Origin: an uncultured Chloroflexia bacterium
GTDB lineage: Bacteria > Chloroflexota > Limnocylindria > Limnocylindrales > CSP1-4
Direction: 5' to 3'
NCBI GenBank assembly: GCA_963766735.1
Contig: CAVYBU010000020.1
Span: 13,086 to 45,085 of the forward strand
Length of the DNA: 32,000 nt
The notes beneath the pieces are model-generated. The model did no database searches and was not told the origin of the DNA. It saw nothing but the letters and a program-made list of their open reading frames with translations. This document shows, in pieces, positions 1-8,365 of the stretch. A program made the translations under genes and the position numbers. Numbering within the stretch: position 1 is the first letter of the stretch; every line of letters begins with the position of its first letter.

Positions 1-969
1 AAACGGATCGTCGGCCGCGATCTCGAACGGATCGCGGGCGAGCGTGACCCGCGCGGAAGCGACGAGCGCGGGATCGGCCGCACGGCAGCCGTCGAGGACG
101 GCCTCGATCTCGGCGAGCACGCGCTCGGGCGTCTCGCCGGGCAGCGTGCGCCGTTCGACCGAGAGCAGGCAGCGATCCGGCAGCGTGGCCATCTCGCTGC
201 CGCCCTGGATGAGCGAGGCGTGGAGCAATCCCGCGCCGAGCAGGGGATGGAGTCGTTGGGCAAGCCGTTCCGTGTGACGTTCCAGCGCGGCGATGACAGG
301 GGCCGCCCTGAAGATGGCATCGACACCGAGGTGCGGCCGCGAGCCGTGGGCGGCCTTCCCGCGGACCTCGATCTCGATCCAGGCGAACCCGCGGTGGCCG
401 ATCCCGACCGCCATCTCCGTGGGCTCGGTGATGACCGCGCCGTCGGCACGGACGTGGCGGAGCACCTCCTGGATCCCAGTGCTCTCCGCTTCCTCGTCGG
501 CAACCGCAACGACGATGGCACGGCCCCGGGCGCCCGATCGAGCGGCCTCGCGGGCCAGGTCACGGGCGGCGATGAGCGCCGCGGCGAGGCCGGCCTTCTG
601 GTCGTACGCGCCGCGGCCGGTCAGCCGATCCCCGTCGAGGCGGGGCTCGAGTGGGGCTGCCATGGACCCGAGCCCGACGGTGTCGAGGTGCCCGTAGAGC
701 ATCAGGACCGGGGTGTGCGGGGCTTCAGCGTCGCCCCCGGACGAGCCCGTCCCGGCGTCGCCCGCGCCTGCCGACGCGTCGCCGATCACCAGGTTGGGCC
801 GCCCATCGGGTGAGGGGATGACCCGGCTCGCCAGCCCGTTATCCGCGGCCCATCGTTGGACGAACCGCGCGATCTCGTGCTCGCCGGCGCCTCCCGGGAC
901 CAGCGTCGGGTTGACGGAGTCGATCGCGATGAGGCGTCGAGCCAGGTCGATGACGTCTTCGGTCGGCAT
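1..969 (-). CDS. M20 family metallopeptidase/deacylase (ArgE/DapE/ACY1-like); the 3' end runs off the window start
   Basis: Absent from the ORF track because it is open at the window edge. My own minus-strand translation from the ATG (complement of 967-969) reads MPTEDVIDLARRLIAIDSVNPTLVPGG...LMLYGHLDTVG...GRGAYDQKAGLAA...VAVADEEAES...GHRGFAWIEIEVRGKAAHGSRP. These are the HxD, D and EE metal-ligand motifs typical of M20. The frame stays open to base 1. Confidence 0.85.
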   Translation of the reverse strand, partial: MPTEDVIDLARRLIAIDSVNPTLVPGGAGEHEIARFVQRWAADNGLASRVIPSPDGRPNLVIGDASAGAGDAGTGSSGGDAEAPHTPVLMLYGHLDTVGLGSMAAPLEPRLDGDRLTGRGAYDQKAGLAAALIAARDLAREAARSGARGRAIVVAVADEEAESTGIQEVLRHVRADGAVITEPTEMAVGIGHRGFAWIEIEVRGKAAHGSRPHLGVDAIFRAAPVIAALERHTERLAQRLHPLLGAGLLHASLIQGGSEMATLPDRCLLSVERRTLPGETPERVLAEIEAVLDGCRAADPALVASARVTLARDPFEIAADDPF

Positions 970-1034
970 GGGCCAAGGATGTCGCAATTCGATCCGCGCC
1001 GCCTGCGGCTGGCACCGGAGGACCGCTCGAGCAC

Positions 1035-1652
1035 GGCGCTGACTGGTGACCTGGCCGACTATCCGCCGAGGAGCCGCTGGAAGAACTCGCTGCGGTCGAT
1101 GTTGGCGACGTGCGTGAAGTACTCGTCCTGGATCTTGTAGATGACGATGAGCGTGCCGATGAGCCACCGGTGGCGGTGCAGGAGGGCGAAGCTGCGCTCC
1201 TGCCAGTCGGGGAGGCGGCGGATCACCCGCTCCCAGGCCAGGATCGAGGCGGTCACGAGGAACAGCGGTTCGAGGAAGTTCGGGAAGACGGCGAGGAACA
1301 GCTCGTTCCCGGTGAGCAGGAAGCCCACCTGGCCGACGGAGCGGAACAGGAACAGCCCGAGCATCAGCCGCCTCGTCGGCCACTCGTTCCGGTACGCCAC
1401 GACGACGATCGCGACGTACGTGACCCAGTCGGCCAGCTTGTCGATAGGCTGGTAGGACTCGTTCGGCAGGCCCAGGGGGACGAGCAGGTCGCCGTCCACG
1501 GAGTCGAGGACGAAGTTGGCCCAGCCGGCCGCGAACGGGAAGCGGACGATGAGGATCGGGAGCCCGAACTTCGCCGCGATGATCAGGGCGATCGCAAGGA
1601 CCTCGATCGGGCTGGTTCCTGCTGCAAGGATCCGCTGCATCACGAGGGCCTC
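1035..1652. repeat. Gene-sized direct repeat, copy 1 (618 bp)
   Basis: Aligns base for base with 7620..8236. It differs by one extra T at 1052 and by four substitutions (1446, 1586, 1587, 1632). It covers the RBS, the whole 194-aa CDS and 24 nt after the stop. Confidence 0.95.
1059..1643 (-). CDS. Polytopic membrane protein of unknown family (194 aa), copy 1
   Basis: The ORF contains several hydrophobic helices (LAIALIIAAKFGLPILIV, WVTYVAIVVVAY, LMLGLFLFRSVGQVGFLL, LFLVTASILAW, LIGTLIVIY). GAGG lies 5-8 nt upstream of the GTG/ATG. The protein is 100% identical to ORF 7643..8227. A DSVDG...DKLAD pattern is only weakly reminiscent of CDP-alcohol phosphatidyltransferases and I do not assert that family. 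Confidence 0.75.
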   Translation of the reverse strand: MMQRILAAGTSPIEVLAIALIIAAKFGLPILIVRFPFAAGWANFVLDSVDGDLLVPLGLPNESYQPIDKLADWVTYVAIVVVAYRNEWPTRRLMLGLFLFRSVGQVGFLLTGNELFLAVFPNFLEPLFLVTASILAWERVIRRLPDWQERSFALLHRHRWLIGTLIVIYKIQDEYFTHVANIDRSEFFQRLLGG

Positions 1653-1674
1653 GACTTCACGGGCGGCTGTGGGC

Positions 1675-2145
1675 TCAGCCGACGGTCTTGCGCATCATGA
1701 CGTCGGTCTCCATGTAGCCGGACGACCGGTAGAGGTGACGCGCGACCTCGTTGTCCCCGAAGACGTGCAACCCGATCGCGTCATAGCCGAGGTCGCGCGC
1801 GAGCGGCTCCAGCGCGACCAGGGTGGCCCGGCCGTAGCCTCGGCCGCGAGCCTCAGCCAGGACCTCGATGTCCCAGATGAAGCAGGTGCTCCGGGGACCC
1901 TCCCGGAGCGGCCCGAACCAGAGCGTGCCGACCACCTCGCCCGACTCGTTCACGATCGAGCGCAGCTCGTGGTCAGGCGTGTCGATGCCCCGGGGCAGGA
2001 GCTCCGTGAACTCGCGATCCGCTCGCGCTTCGGCACCCTCCGCCGACCAGGCGCCGACGCGCACCTTGTCGGCCGCGTACCCGCGCACCGCACCAACGCG
2101 CCACTGCTCCCATGTCTCGAGGGACATCGGCTCGAGTGTGACCAT
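1675..2145 (-). CDS. GNAT family N-acetyltransferase
   Basis: 156-aa ORF. It carries the acetyl-CoA binding signature region IEVLAEARGRGYGRATLVALEPLARDLGYDAIGLHVFGDNEVARHLYRSSGY, typical of GNAT motifs A and B. Confidence 0.8.
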   Translation of the reverse strand: MVTLEPMSLETWEQWRVGAVRGYAADKVRVGAWSAEGAEARADREFTELLPRGIDTPDHELRSIVNESGEVVGTLWFGPLREGPRSTCFIWDIEVLAEARGRGYGRATLVALEPLARDLGYDAIGLHVFGDNEVARHLYRSSGYMETDVMMRKTVG

Positions 2146-2166
2146 CGGCGGGAGGATATCGGAACA

Positions 2167-2185
2167 GTGCCCCCGGAGGGCGTCG
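2167..2185 (+). repeat. Possible partial seventh copy (5' half only) of the GC-hairpin element
   Basis: gtgcccccggagggcgtcg matches 17 of 19 nt of the 5' half of copy B (gcgcgcccggagggcgtcg). An AACAACG tail-like string occurs about 60 nt later, at 2245-2252. The 3' stem arm is not preserved. Confidence 0.3.
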
Positions 2186-2353
2186 TGCTGGGTCTGGGGC
2201 GCCGCGTGCCGCTCGTGAGTTGCTGGGTCGCGTCACCGCGGAGTCAACAACGCCGGCCTCGTAGGGAGACGCCCGAGCAGGTATCGGCCCGCGCAGCCGA
2301 CTTGGCGCGCCAGCGGCACCCAATCGGCCTCGGACGGGCACTTGGCCCCGCGC

Positions 2354-3806
2354 TCAGGACGGGGGCCGAGTGTCGTCGGCCCGGCGCACCGCCCGCTCCG
2401 CGAGGACGCGGACCGTCCCGCGGAAGATCAGGCCGTGGACCGGGTACAGCAGGTACCAGTAGGCGAGTCCCGGAAGCCCCTTCGGCTCGAAGAAGGCCGT
2501 CTGCACCAGGCGGCTGCCGCCCTCGGTCGCTGCTACCTCGTACTGGAGCCAGGCCCGGCCCGGCACCTTCATCTCCGCCCGCAGGCGCAGCAGGGTCGGC
2601 CGCCGGATCTCCTCCACCCGCCAGAAGTCGAGCGCGTCGCCAACTCGCAGCTGATCGGGATCACGGCGTCCCAGTCGCATCCCGACGCCACCGACGGCCC
2701 GGTCCATGAGGCCGCGGGCCCACCACAGCCGGTTGCCGTACGGCCAGCCGGCTTCGCCGCCCACCCGCTCGATCTCGGCGAACACCATGCTCGGGTGATG
2801 CGGCGATCGTCCGCTGCCGTCGCTCGACGATCATCCCCTCGTGGGATGCGACCGACGAGAGGCTCGCCTTGTCGGGGGCCGCGAGCGCGTCGAACCACGT
2901 CGACTCGACGTCGTGTCGGTCGGTCCGGTCGATCGCCCGCTGGAGCGCCTCGACGTATGGCAGCGGACGGATGTCGAATGCTGCGGCCGGCCCGGGGTCG
3001 CGGACCACCACCTCGTTGCGGAGGCCCTCGATGAGCGGCCGGGCGATTCCCGCCGGCACCGGCGAGACCAGGTTCACCCAGTACGAGGAGAGGCGCGGCG
3101 TGAGGACGGGGACCGGGATCATCAGGCGGCGCAGCCCCCGGAGACGGGCGTACGTCCGCATCATGTCGCCATAGGAGAGGACGTCCGGGCCGCCGATCTC
3201 GACGACCCCGGCCACCTCGGGATGGTCGAGTGCATCCGCGAGGTAGTCCAGGACATCGCGGATCCCGATCGGCTGGCAGTGGGTACCGACCCAGCGAGGG
3301 GTGATCATGATCGGCAGCCGCTCGGTCAGGTGGCGGAGGATCTCGAACGACGCGCTGCCCGATCCGATGATCACCGCCGCCCGGAACTCGGTGACCGGCA
3401 CGCCGTGCGCCGCGAGCTCGGCGCCGGTCTCGTGGCGGCTCGCCAGGTGGTGCGAGAGATCGGCTGAGTCGTCGCCAAGGCCACCGAGGTAGATGATCTG
3501 CGACACGCCGGCGCCTGCCGCGGCCTGCGCGAATGAGCGGGCCGCCTGCCGGTCCCGCTCGGCAAACCCGGCCTCGCCGCCGCCCATCGAGTGGGCAAGG
3601 TAATAGGCGACCTCGATCCCCTCGAGCGCCCCGGGCAGGGTCGATGGGTCGAGGAGGTCGGCGGCGACCACCTGCGCCCCCGGGAACCGGTCTGCGAGGG
3701 GGCGGGCATCGCGGCTCGTCAGGACGAGGTCGTGACCCCGCGCCTGGAGCAGCGGAACGAGGCGACTCCCGATGTAGCCGCTGGCACCGACAACAAGAAT
3801 GCGCAT
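2354..3806 (-). pseudogene. NAD(P)H-binding (atypical SDR/NmrA-like) + DUF2867 fusion gene, interrupted by a 1-nt frameshift near 2786-2792
   Basis: The N-terminal part is in the frame of ORF 2661..4289 from ATG 3806: MRILVVGASGYIGSRLV (Rossmann GxxGxxG)...EGMIVERRQRTIAASPEH. The continuation VFAEIERVGGEAGWPYGNRLWWARGLMDRAVGGVGMRLGRRDP...DFWRVEE...PGLAYWYLLYPVHGLIF (DUF2867 pattern) is in the frame of ORF 2354..2788. One fold is therefore split between two frames at CATGGTG. The combined length of about 484 aa fits fused homologues. It could be a true frameshift or a sequencing error. Confidence 0.65.
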
Positions 3807-3861
3807 GACGCGAGTATGCGCCAAGATCCTCCACGCGCCGTCCGGGGCTCTCGGAGCTCGT

Positions 3862-3897
3862 GCGCCCGGAGGGCTCGAGCGGGCCAGAACGACACCG
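3862..3897 (+). repeat. GC-hairpin element copy A (degenerate)
   Basis: gcgcccggagggctcgagcgggccagaacgacaccg aligns to the consensus GGCGCGCCCGGAGGGnTnCGGGCGCGCAGGAACAACAnCG. The stem is shortened (GCCCG/CGGGC). It lies in the divergent region between the SDR/DUF2867 start and the cyclase start. Confidence 0.55.
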
Positions 3898-3966
3898 CCG
3901 CGAGTGCCGCCCCGCGGAGAGCCCTCGCAGAGGCGGGTTGCTGCCTCGGGTAATCTTCGCCCCATC

Positions 3967-6900
3967 GTGAACTGTCCCAACTGCGGTACCAACAACCCGG
4001 CTGACGGCCGCTTCTGCCTGGAGTGCGGCGCGCCGCTCGGTGGGTGTCCGGCGTGCGGCGCCGTCAATCCAACCGGCGCGCGCTTCTGCGGCACCTGTGG
4101 AAAGCGGTTGCTCGAGGCACCGGACGGTGCCTCGAGCGCGACGGGCGCCTCGCCGGAGGGCGTGCCGGTGAGCGAGATCGGATCGCGGGCAACCGCGCCC
4201 GCCTCCGGGCAGGGTCCGGGCTCCGAGGGGGTCGGATCAACCGAGCGGCGCATGGTCACCGTGCTGTTCGCCGATCTTGTCGGCTTCACTGCCCTCTCGG
4301 CGAGTCGCGACGCGGAGACGGTCCGCGAGATCCAGGGTCGCTACTTCGAGCGAACGCGGGAGATCCTCGGCCGCTACGGCGGCTCCGTGGAGAAGTTCAT
4401 CGGCGACGCCGTGATGGCGCTGTGGGGCGCACCCGTCGCCCACGAGGACGACGCCGAGCGGGCCGTCCGCGCAGCCCTGGACCTCGCGGACATGGTGCCG
4501 GCCCTCGGTCGAGAGTCGGGCGTGGAGGACCTCCAGCTCCGTGTCGGAGTCATGACGGGGGAGGCAGCCGTGGTCGTCGGCGCCGAGGGTCAGGGCATGG
4601 TCACCGGCGACATGGTCAACACCGCGGCGAGGCTCCAGTCGGCTGCGGCCCCGGGAACCGTCCTGGTCGGCGCCGCAACTCGCCTCTCGACCCAGTCAGC
4701 GATCGCCTACGAGATCGCCGGCGATCACCTGCTCAAGGGCAAGGAGGCGCCGGTCCCCGCCTGGCGTGCGGTTCGAATCCTCGCAGAACGCGGCGGCGCC
4801 CGGCGGCCCGAGGCCCTGGAGCCGCCGTTCGTCGGCCGGGCGGACGAGATCCGCTTTCTCAAGGAGCAGTTCCATGCCACGGGTCGCGAGAGACGGGCTC
4901 GGCTGATCTCGCTCGTCGGCCAGGCGGGGATCGGCAAGAGCCGGCTCGCATGGGAGCTCGAGAAGTACCTCGACGGCGTCGTTGAGACGGTCTTCTGGCA
5001 CCGTGGGAGGGCACCCTCGTACGGCGAGGGCATCACCTTCTGGGCGCTCAGCGAAATGATCCGGCGGCGGGCTGGGCTGGCCGAGGGCGACGACGCCGAG
5101 ACAACCCGTGCCGCGATCGCCGCGATGGTCGCCCGGTACGTGCCGGATGTCGCGGAGCAGGCCTGGATCGAGCCGCGTCTCTACACTCTCCTCGGGGTGG
5201 GGGAGCCGGTGACCGGCGGACACGAGGAACTGTTCGCCGCGTGGCGGACCTTCTTCGAGCGACTGGCGATCGAGGGCACGGTGGCGCTCGTGATCGAGGA
5301 CCTTCAATGGTCCGACGACGGTCTGCTCGACTTCCTGGAGCACGTTATGGATTGGGCGCGGTCCAGCCCGATCTTCGTCCTGACGCTTGCCCGGCCGGAG
5401 CTGCTGGAGCGCCGGCCGGGATGGGGCGCGAACCGGCGTGGCGCGATCTCCATGCGCCTCGAACCGCTCGCGGACGACGCGATCCGAGAGCTTCTCACGG
5501 GCATCGCCCCCGCCCTCCCGGAGCCGGTCGTCCGTCGCGTCGTGGACAGAGCGGACGGCATCCCGCTCTATGCCGTCGAGACCGTCCGGATGCTCGTCTC
5601 CTCCGGGCGGCTGGTGGCGCGCGACGGCGGGCTCGTGGTCGATGGCGAGATCGCCGAGCTCGACGTCCCGCCGACCCTTCACGCGCTCGTCGCGGCCCGG
5701 CTGGATGGGCTGGCACCGTCCGACCGGGCGCTGCTCGAGGACGCGTCGGTCCTCGGTCAGTCGTTCACGATGACGGCCCTCTCGGCGATGACCGGGGAGA
5801 CGCCGGACACGCTGGCTCCACTGCTCGATTCGCTCGTGCGGCGCGAGATCCTCGCAGTCGAATCGGATCCGAAGGCGCCCACCCGTGGCCAGCATGCCTT
5901 TGTGCAGGCGCTCGTCCGCGAGGTCGCCTACTCGACGCTGTCCAGGCGCGAGCGGCGCGCCCGCCACCTCACGGCGGCCCGCTACTTCGAATCGCTGGTG
6001 GACGAGGAGCTCGCCGGGGCCGTGGCAACCCACTTCGTCGCCGCCTATCACGCCGCGCCCGACGGACCGGAGGGTGAGGCCGTGGGGACGCAGGCGCGGA
6101 TCGCACTCGTTGCCACGGCCGATCGGGCGGAACGACTTGGGGCCCTGAGCCAGGCCATCGACGCCCTTCGCGAGGCGGCCGAGGTGAGCCGCGATGCCGC
6201 CGAGCGGGGGCGCATCCTGGAACGGCTCGGCTACCTCGCCACGGAGGCGTCATCTTCTGACGAGGCGGTCACGGCGCTCGACGATGCGATCCGCGTCTTC
6301 GAAGCCGCAGGCGACCGGGTGGGCATCATCCGGGCGACGGCCGGGCTCATGCTCGCCTATTCGGCGGCGACTCGGATCGCGGAGGCCGTCAGCAGCGGGG
6401 ACACCGTCAAGGCCGAGGGCGAGGCGCTGGTGGAGGAGGTCCTCTCGGCGGGCCCCGGCGGCGCCCGCGACCGGGCGGAAGCCGCGGCAATCTTCGCGGA
6501 GGCGATGGGCCGCGTGGAGTTCCGGGCCCAGCGCCCCGACACGTCGATCGAGTGGTGTGACCGGGCGCTCCGCATCGCAGAGCCGCTCCGCCTCGACGAG
6601 GTGATCGCGATGGCCCTCACCACGAGGGGCACCGCCCTCAGCCATGGTGGCCGGGCACGGGAGGGCGTGGCGCTCCTCGAGGGCGCCCTGCTCGACGCCC
6701 GCTCGCACGGCCAGCACCTGGCAGCGCTTCGAGCTGCCAACAACCTCGCCTCGAACCTGACCCTGACCGACCCGCGTGCGTGCCTGGACCGGATCCGCGA
6801 GGCGCTCGCCCTCGCCCACCGGCTCGGCTTCCGCGCGTTCGACGGCTATCTTGCGGGCAACGCCGTGGGCGCGGCCGACTCGACGGGTGAATGGGACCTC

Positions 6901-7605
6901 GTGACCGGGTGGATCGCCGAGATGCTCGAGAGCTTCCCGGATCGGCCGGAGAGCGAATGGCTCCGATTCTGCCTGCAAAGTGCGTCGCCCTGGCGAGGCG
7001 GAGCGGACCTCGCGCTGGTCCAGAACCTGCTCGAGGAGGCCCAGCGGGAGGGCGACTACCAGAGCGAGATCAACGCGCTGGCCTTCATGGTCGATGTCGC
7101 CGTGGCTGCCGGGCGGCACGAGGAGGCCGTCCAGCAGGCCGAGCGCCTCCTGGCGGTCGACCGCGTGGGGATGATGGCCGTCATCACGGCCCGGGCCGGC
7201 CTCCACGGCGGCCGCCCCGACATAGCGGGCAGGGCCCTGGAGGCCGCGGGTCAGGGGTTCGGCGGCGTCCACGATCACGACCTGGCGACCGTCCGGGCCG
7301 GTCTCGCCGCCGTCGAGGGCCGTGCTGCCGAAGCCGTTCTGCTCTACCGCTCCGCCATTTCCGGTTTCCGGGAGTACGGCGTCCGGTTCAGCCTTGCGCT
7401 CGCCATCTTCGACATGCTGACCTTCATCGGCCCGGCGGACCCGGCGGTGCACCCCCTCTTGGACGAGGGCCGAGGGATCCTGGCGGACCTGGGTGCCACG
7501 GTGCTCCTGGATCGGTTCGATGCGCTGGTGGCCGGTGGGACGTATGCGGCAAAGGGGTCAGAGAAGGATGGCGGCGGCGTGACCGAGGCGACCGCGCGTC
7601 ACTGA
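3967..7605 (+). CDS. Multidomain signalling protein: double zinc ribbon + class III adenylate/guanylate cyclase + AAA (STAND-like) ATPase + TPR-like C-terminal region
   Basis: In frame with ORF 3799..7605. I prefer GTG 3967 (VNCPNCG...) because the upstream part overlaps the divergent gene start.
- Zinc ribbons: CPNCGTNNPADGRFCLECG and CPACGAVNPTGARFCGTCG.
- Cyclase core: RRMVTVLFADLVGFTALS...KFIGDAVMALWGAP...GVMTGEAAV...GDMVNTAARLQS.
- Walker A: LVGQAGIGKSRL.

A long helical repeat tail follows, and no LuxR HTH is seen at the C-terminus. Confidence 0.85.
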   Translation: MNCPNCGTNNPADGRFCLECGAPLGGCPACGAVNPTGARFCGTCGKRLLEAPDGASSATGASPEGVPVSEIGSRATAPASGQGPGSEGVGSTERRMVTVLFADLVGFTALSASRDAETVREIQGRYFERTREILGRYGGSVEKFIGDAVMALWGAPVAHEDDAERAVRAALDLADMVPALGRESGVEDLQLRVGVMTGEAAVVVGAEGQGMVTGDMVNTAARLQSAAAPGTVLVGAATRLSTQSAIAYEIAGDHLLKGKEAPVPAWRAVRILAERGGARRPEALEPPFVGRADEIRFLKEQFHATGRERRARLISLVGQAGIGKSRLAWELEKYLDGVVETVFWHRGRAPSYGEGITFWALSEMIRRRAGLAEGDDAETTRAAIAAMVARYVPDVAEQAWIEPRLYTLLGVGEPVTGGHEELFAAWRTFFERLAIEGTVALVIEDLQWSDDGLLDFLEHVMDWARSSPIFVLTLARPELLERRPGWGANRRGAISMRLEPLADDAIRELLTGIAPALPEPVVRRVVDRADGIPLYAVETVRMLVSSGRLVARDGGLVVDGEIAELDVPPTLHALVAARLDGLAPSDRALLEDASVLGQSFTMTALSAMTGETPDTLAPLLDSLVRREILAVESDPKAPTRGQHAFVQALVREVAYSTLSRRERRARHLTAARYFESLVDEELAGAVATHFVAAYHAAPDGPEGEAVGTQARIALVATADRAERLGALSQAIDALREAAEVSRDAAERGRILERLGYLATEASSSDEAVTALDDAIRVFEAAGDRVGIIRATAGLMLAYSAATRIAEAVSSGDTVKAEGEALVEEVLSAGPGGARDRAEAAAIFAEAMGRVEFRAQRPDTSIEWCDRALRIAEPLRLDEVIAMALTTRGTALSHGGRAREGVALLEGALLDARSHGQHLAALRAANNLASNLTLTDPRACLDRIREALALAHRLGFRAFDGYLAGNAVGAADSTGEWDLVTGWIAEMLESFPDRPESEWLRFCLQSASPWRGGADLALVQNLLEEAQREGDYQSEINALAFMVDVAVAAGRHEEAVQQAERLLAVDRVGMMAVITARAGLHGGRPDIAGRALEAAGQGFGGVHDHDLATVRAGLAAVEGRAAEAVLLYRSAISGFREYGVRFSLALAIFDMLTFIGPADPAVHPLLDEGRGILADLGATVLLDRFDALVAGGTYAAKGSEKDGGGVTEATARH

Positions 7606-7619
7606 GGCGGTGCTCCGTG

Positions 7620-8236
7620 GGCGCTGACTGGTGACCGGCCGACTATCCGCCGAGGAGCCGCTGGAAGAACTCGCTGCGGTCGATGTTGGCGACGTGCGTG
7701 AAGTACTCGTCCTGGATCTTGTAGATGACGATGAGCGTGCCGATGAGCCACCGGTGGCGGTGCAGGAGGGCGAAGCTGCGCTCCTGCCAGTCGGGGAGGC
7801 GGCGGATCACCCGCTCCCAGGCCAGGATCGAGGCGGTCACGAGGAACAGCGGTTCGAGGAAGTTCGGGAAGACGGCGAGGAACAGCTCGTTCCCGGTGAG
7901 CAGGAAGCCCACCTGGCCGACGGAGCGGAACAGGAACAGCCCGAGCATCAGCCGCCTCGTCGGCCACTCGTTCCGGTACGCCACGACGACGATCGCGACG
8001 TACGTGACCCAGTCGGCCAGCTTGTCGATGGGCTGGTAGGACTCGTTCGGCAGGCCCAGGGGGACGAGCAGGTCGCCGTCCACGGAGTCGAGGACGAAGT
8101 TGGCCCAGCCGGCCGCGAACGGGAAGCGGACGATGAGGATCGGGAGCCCGAACTTCGCCGCGATGATCAACGCGATCGCAAGGACCTCGATCGGGCTGGT
8201 TCCTGCTGCAAGGATGCGCTGCATCACGAGGGCCTC
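7620..8236. repeat. Gene-sized direct repeat, copy 2 (617 bp)
   Basis: See copy 1. The boundaries were determined by direct comparison of the flanks. Similarity starts at ggcgctgactggtgacc and ends at cacgagggcctc. Confidence 0.95.
7643..8227 (-). CDS. Polytopic membrane protein of unknown family (194 aa), copy 2
   Basis: The translation is identical to 1059..1643. It is convergent with the cyclase gene and divergent from the SARP gene. Confidence 0.75.
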   Translation of the reverse strand: MMQRILAAGTSPIEVLAIALIIAAKFGLPILIVRFPFAAGWANFVLDSVDGDLLVPLGLPNESYQPIDKLADWVTYVAIVVVAYRNEWPTRRLMLGLFLFRSVGQVGFLLTGNELFLAVFPNFLEPLFLVTASILAWERVIRRLPDWQERSFALLHRHRWLIGTLIVIYKIQDEYFTHVANIDRSEFFQRLLGG

Positions 8237-8365
8237 ACCCGCACGGTTCGGTGCGGTCGGTGGTCACATCGTCCTGCCCGTCGGGCCGTGGACGCGGTCA
8301 CTCCACCGCACCGATGGGGTCGCGGTCGAGAGCCGAACGACCCTGACACCGGTAGCATCGAGAAC

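Noticed and set aside
3799-3966. ATG 3799 as the start of the large cyclase protein, plus the analogous long N-terminal extensions of ORFs 7631, 13490(-), 26282(-), 4289(-), 24602(-) and 31414(-).
   Set aside because: These extensions overlap neighbouring genes or their starts and translate to Arg/Pro-rich sequence. They precede internal GTG/ATG codons from which recognisable domains begin, so shorter gene models were preferred.
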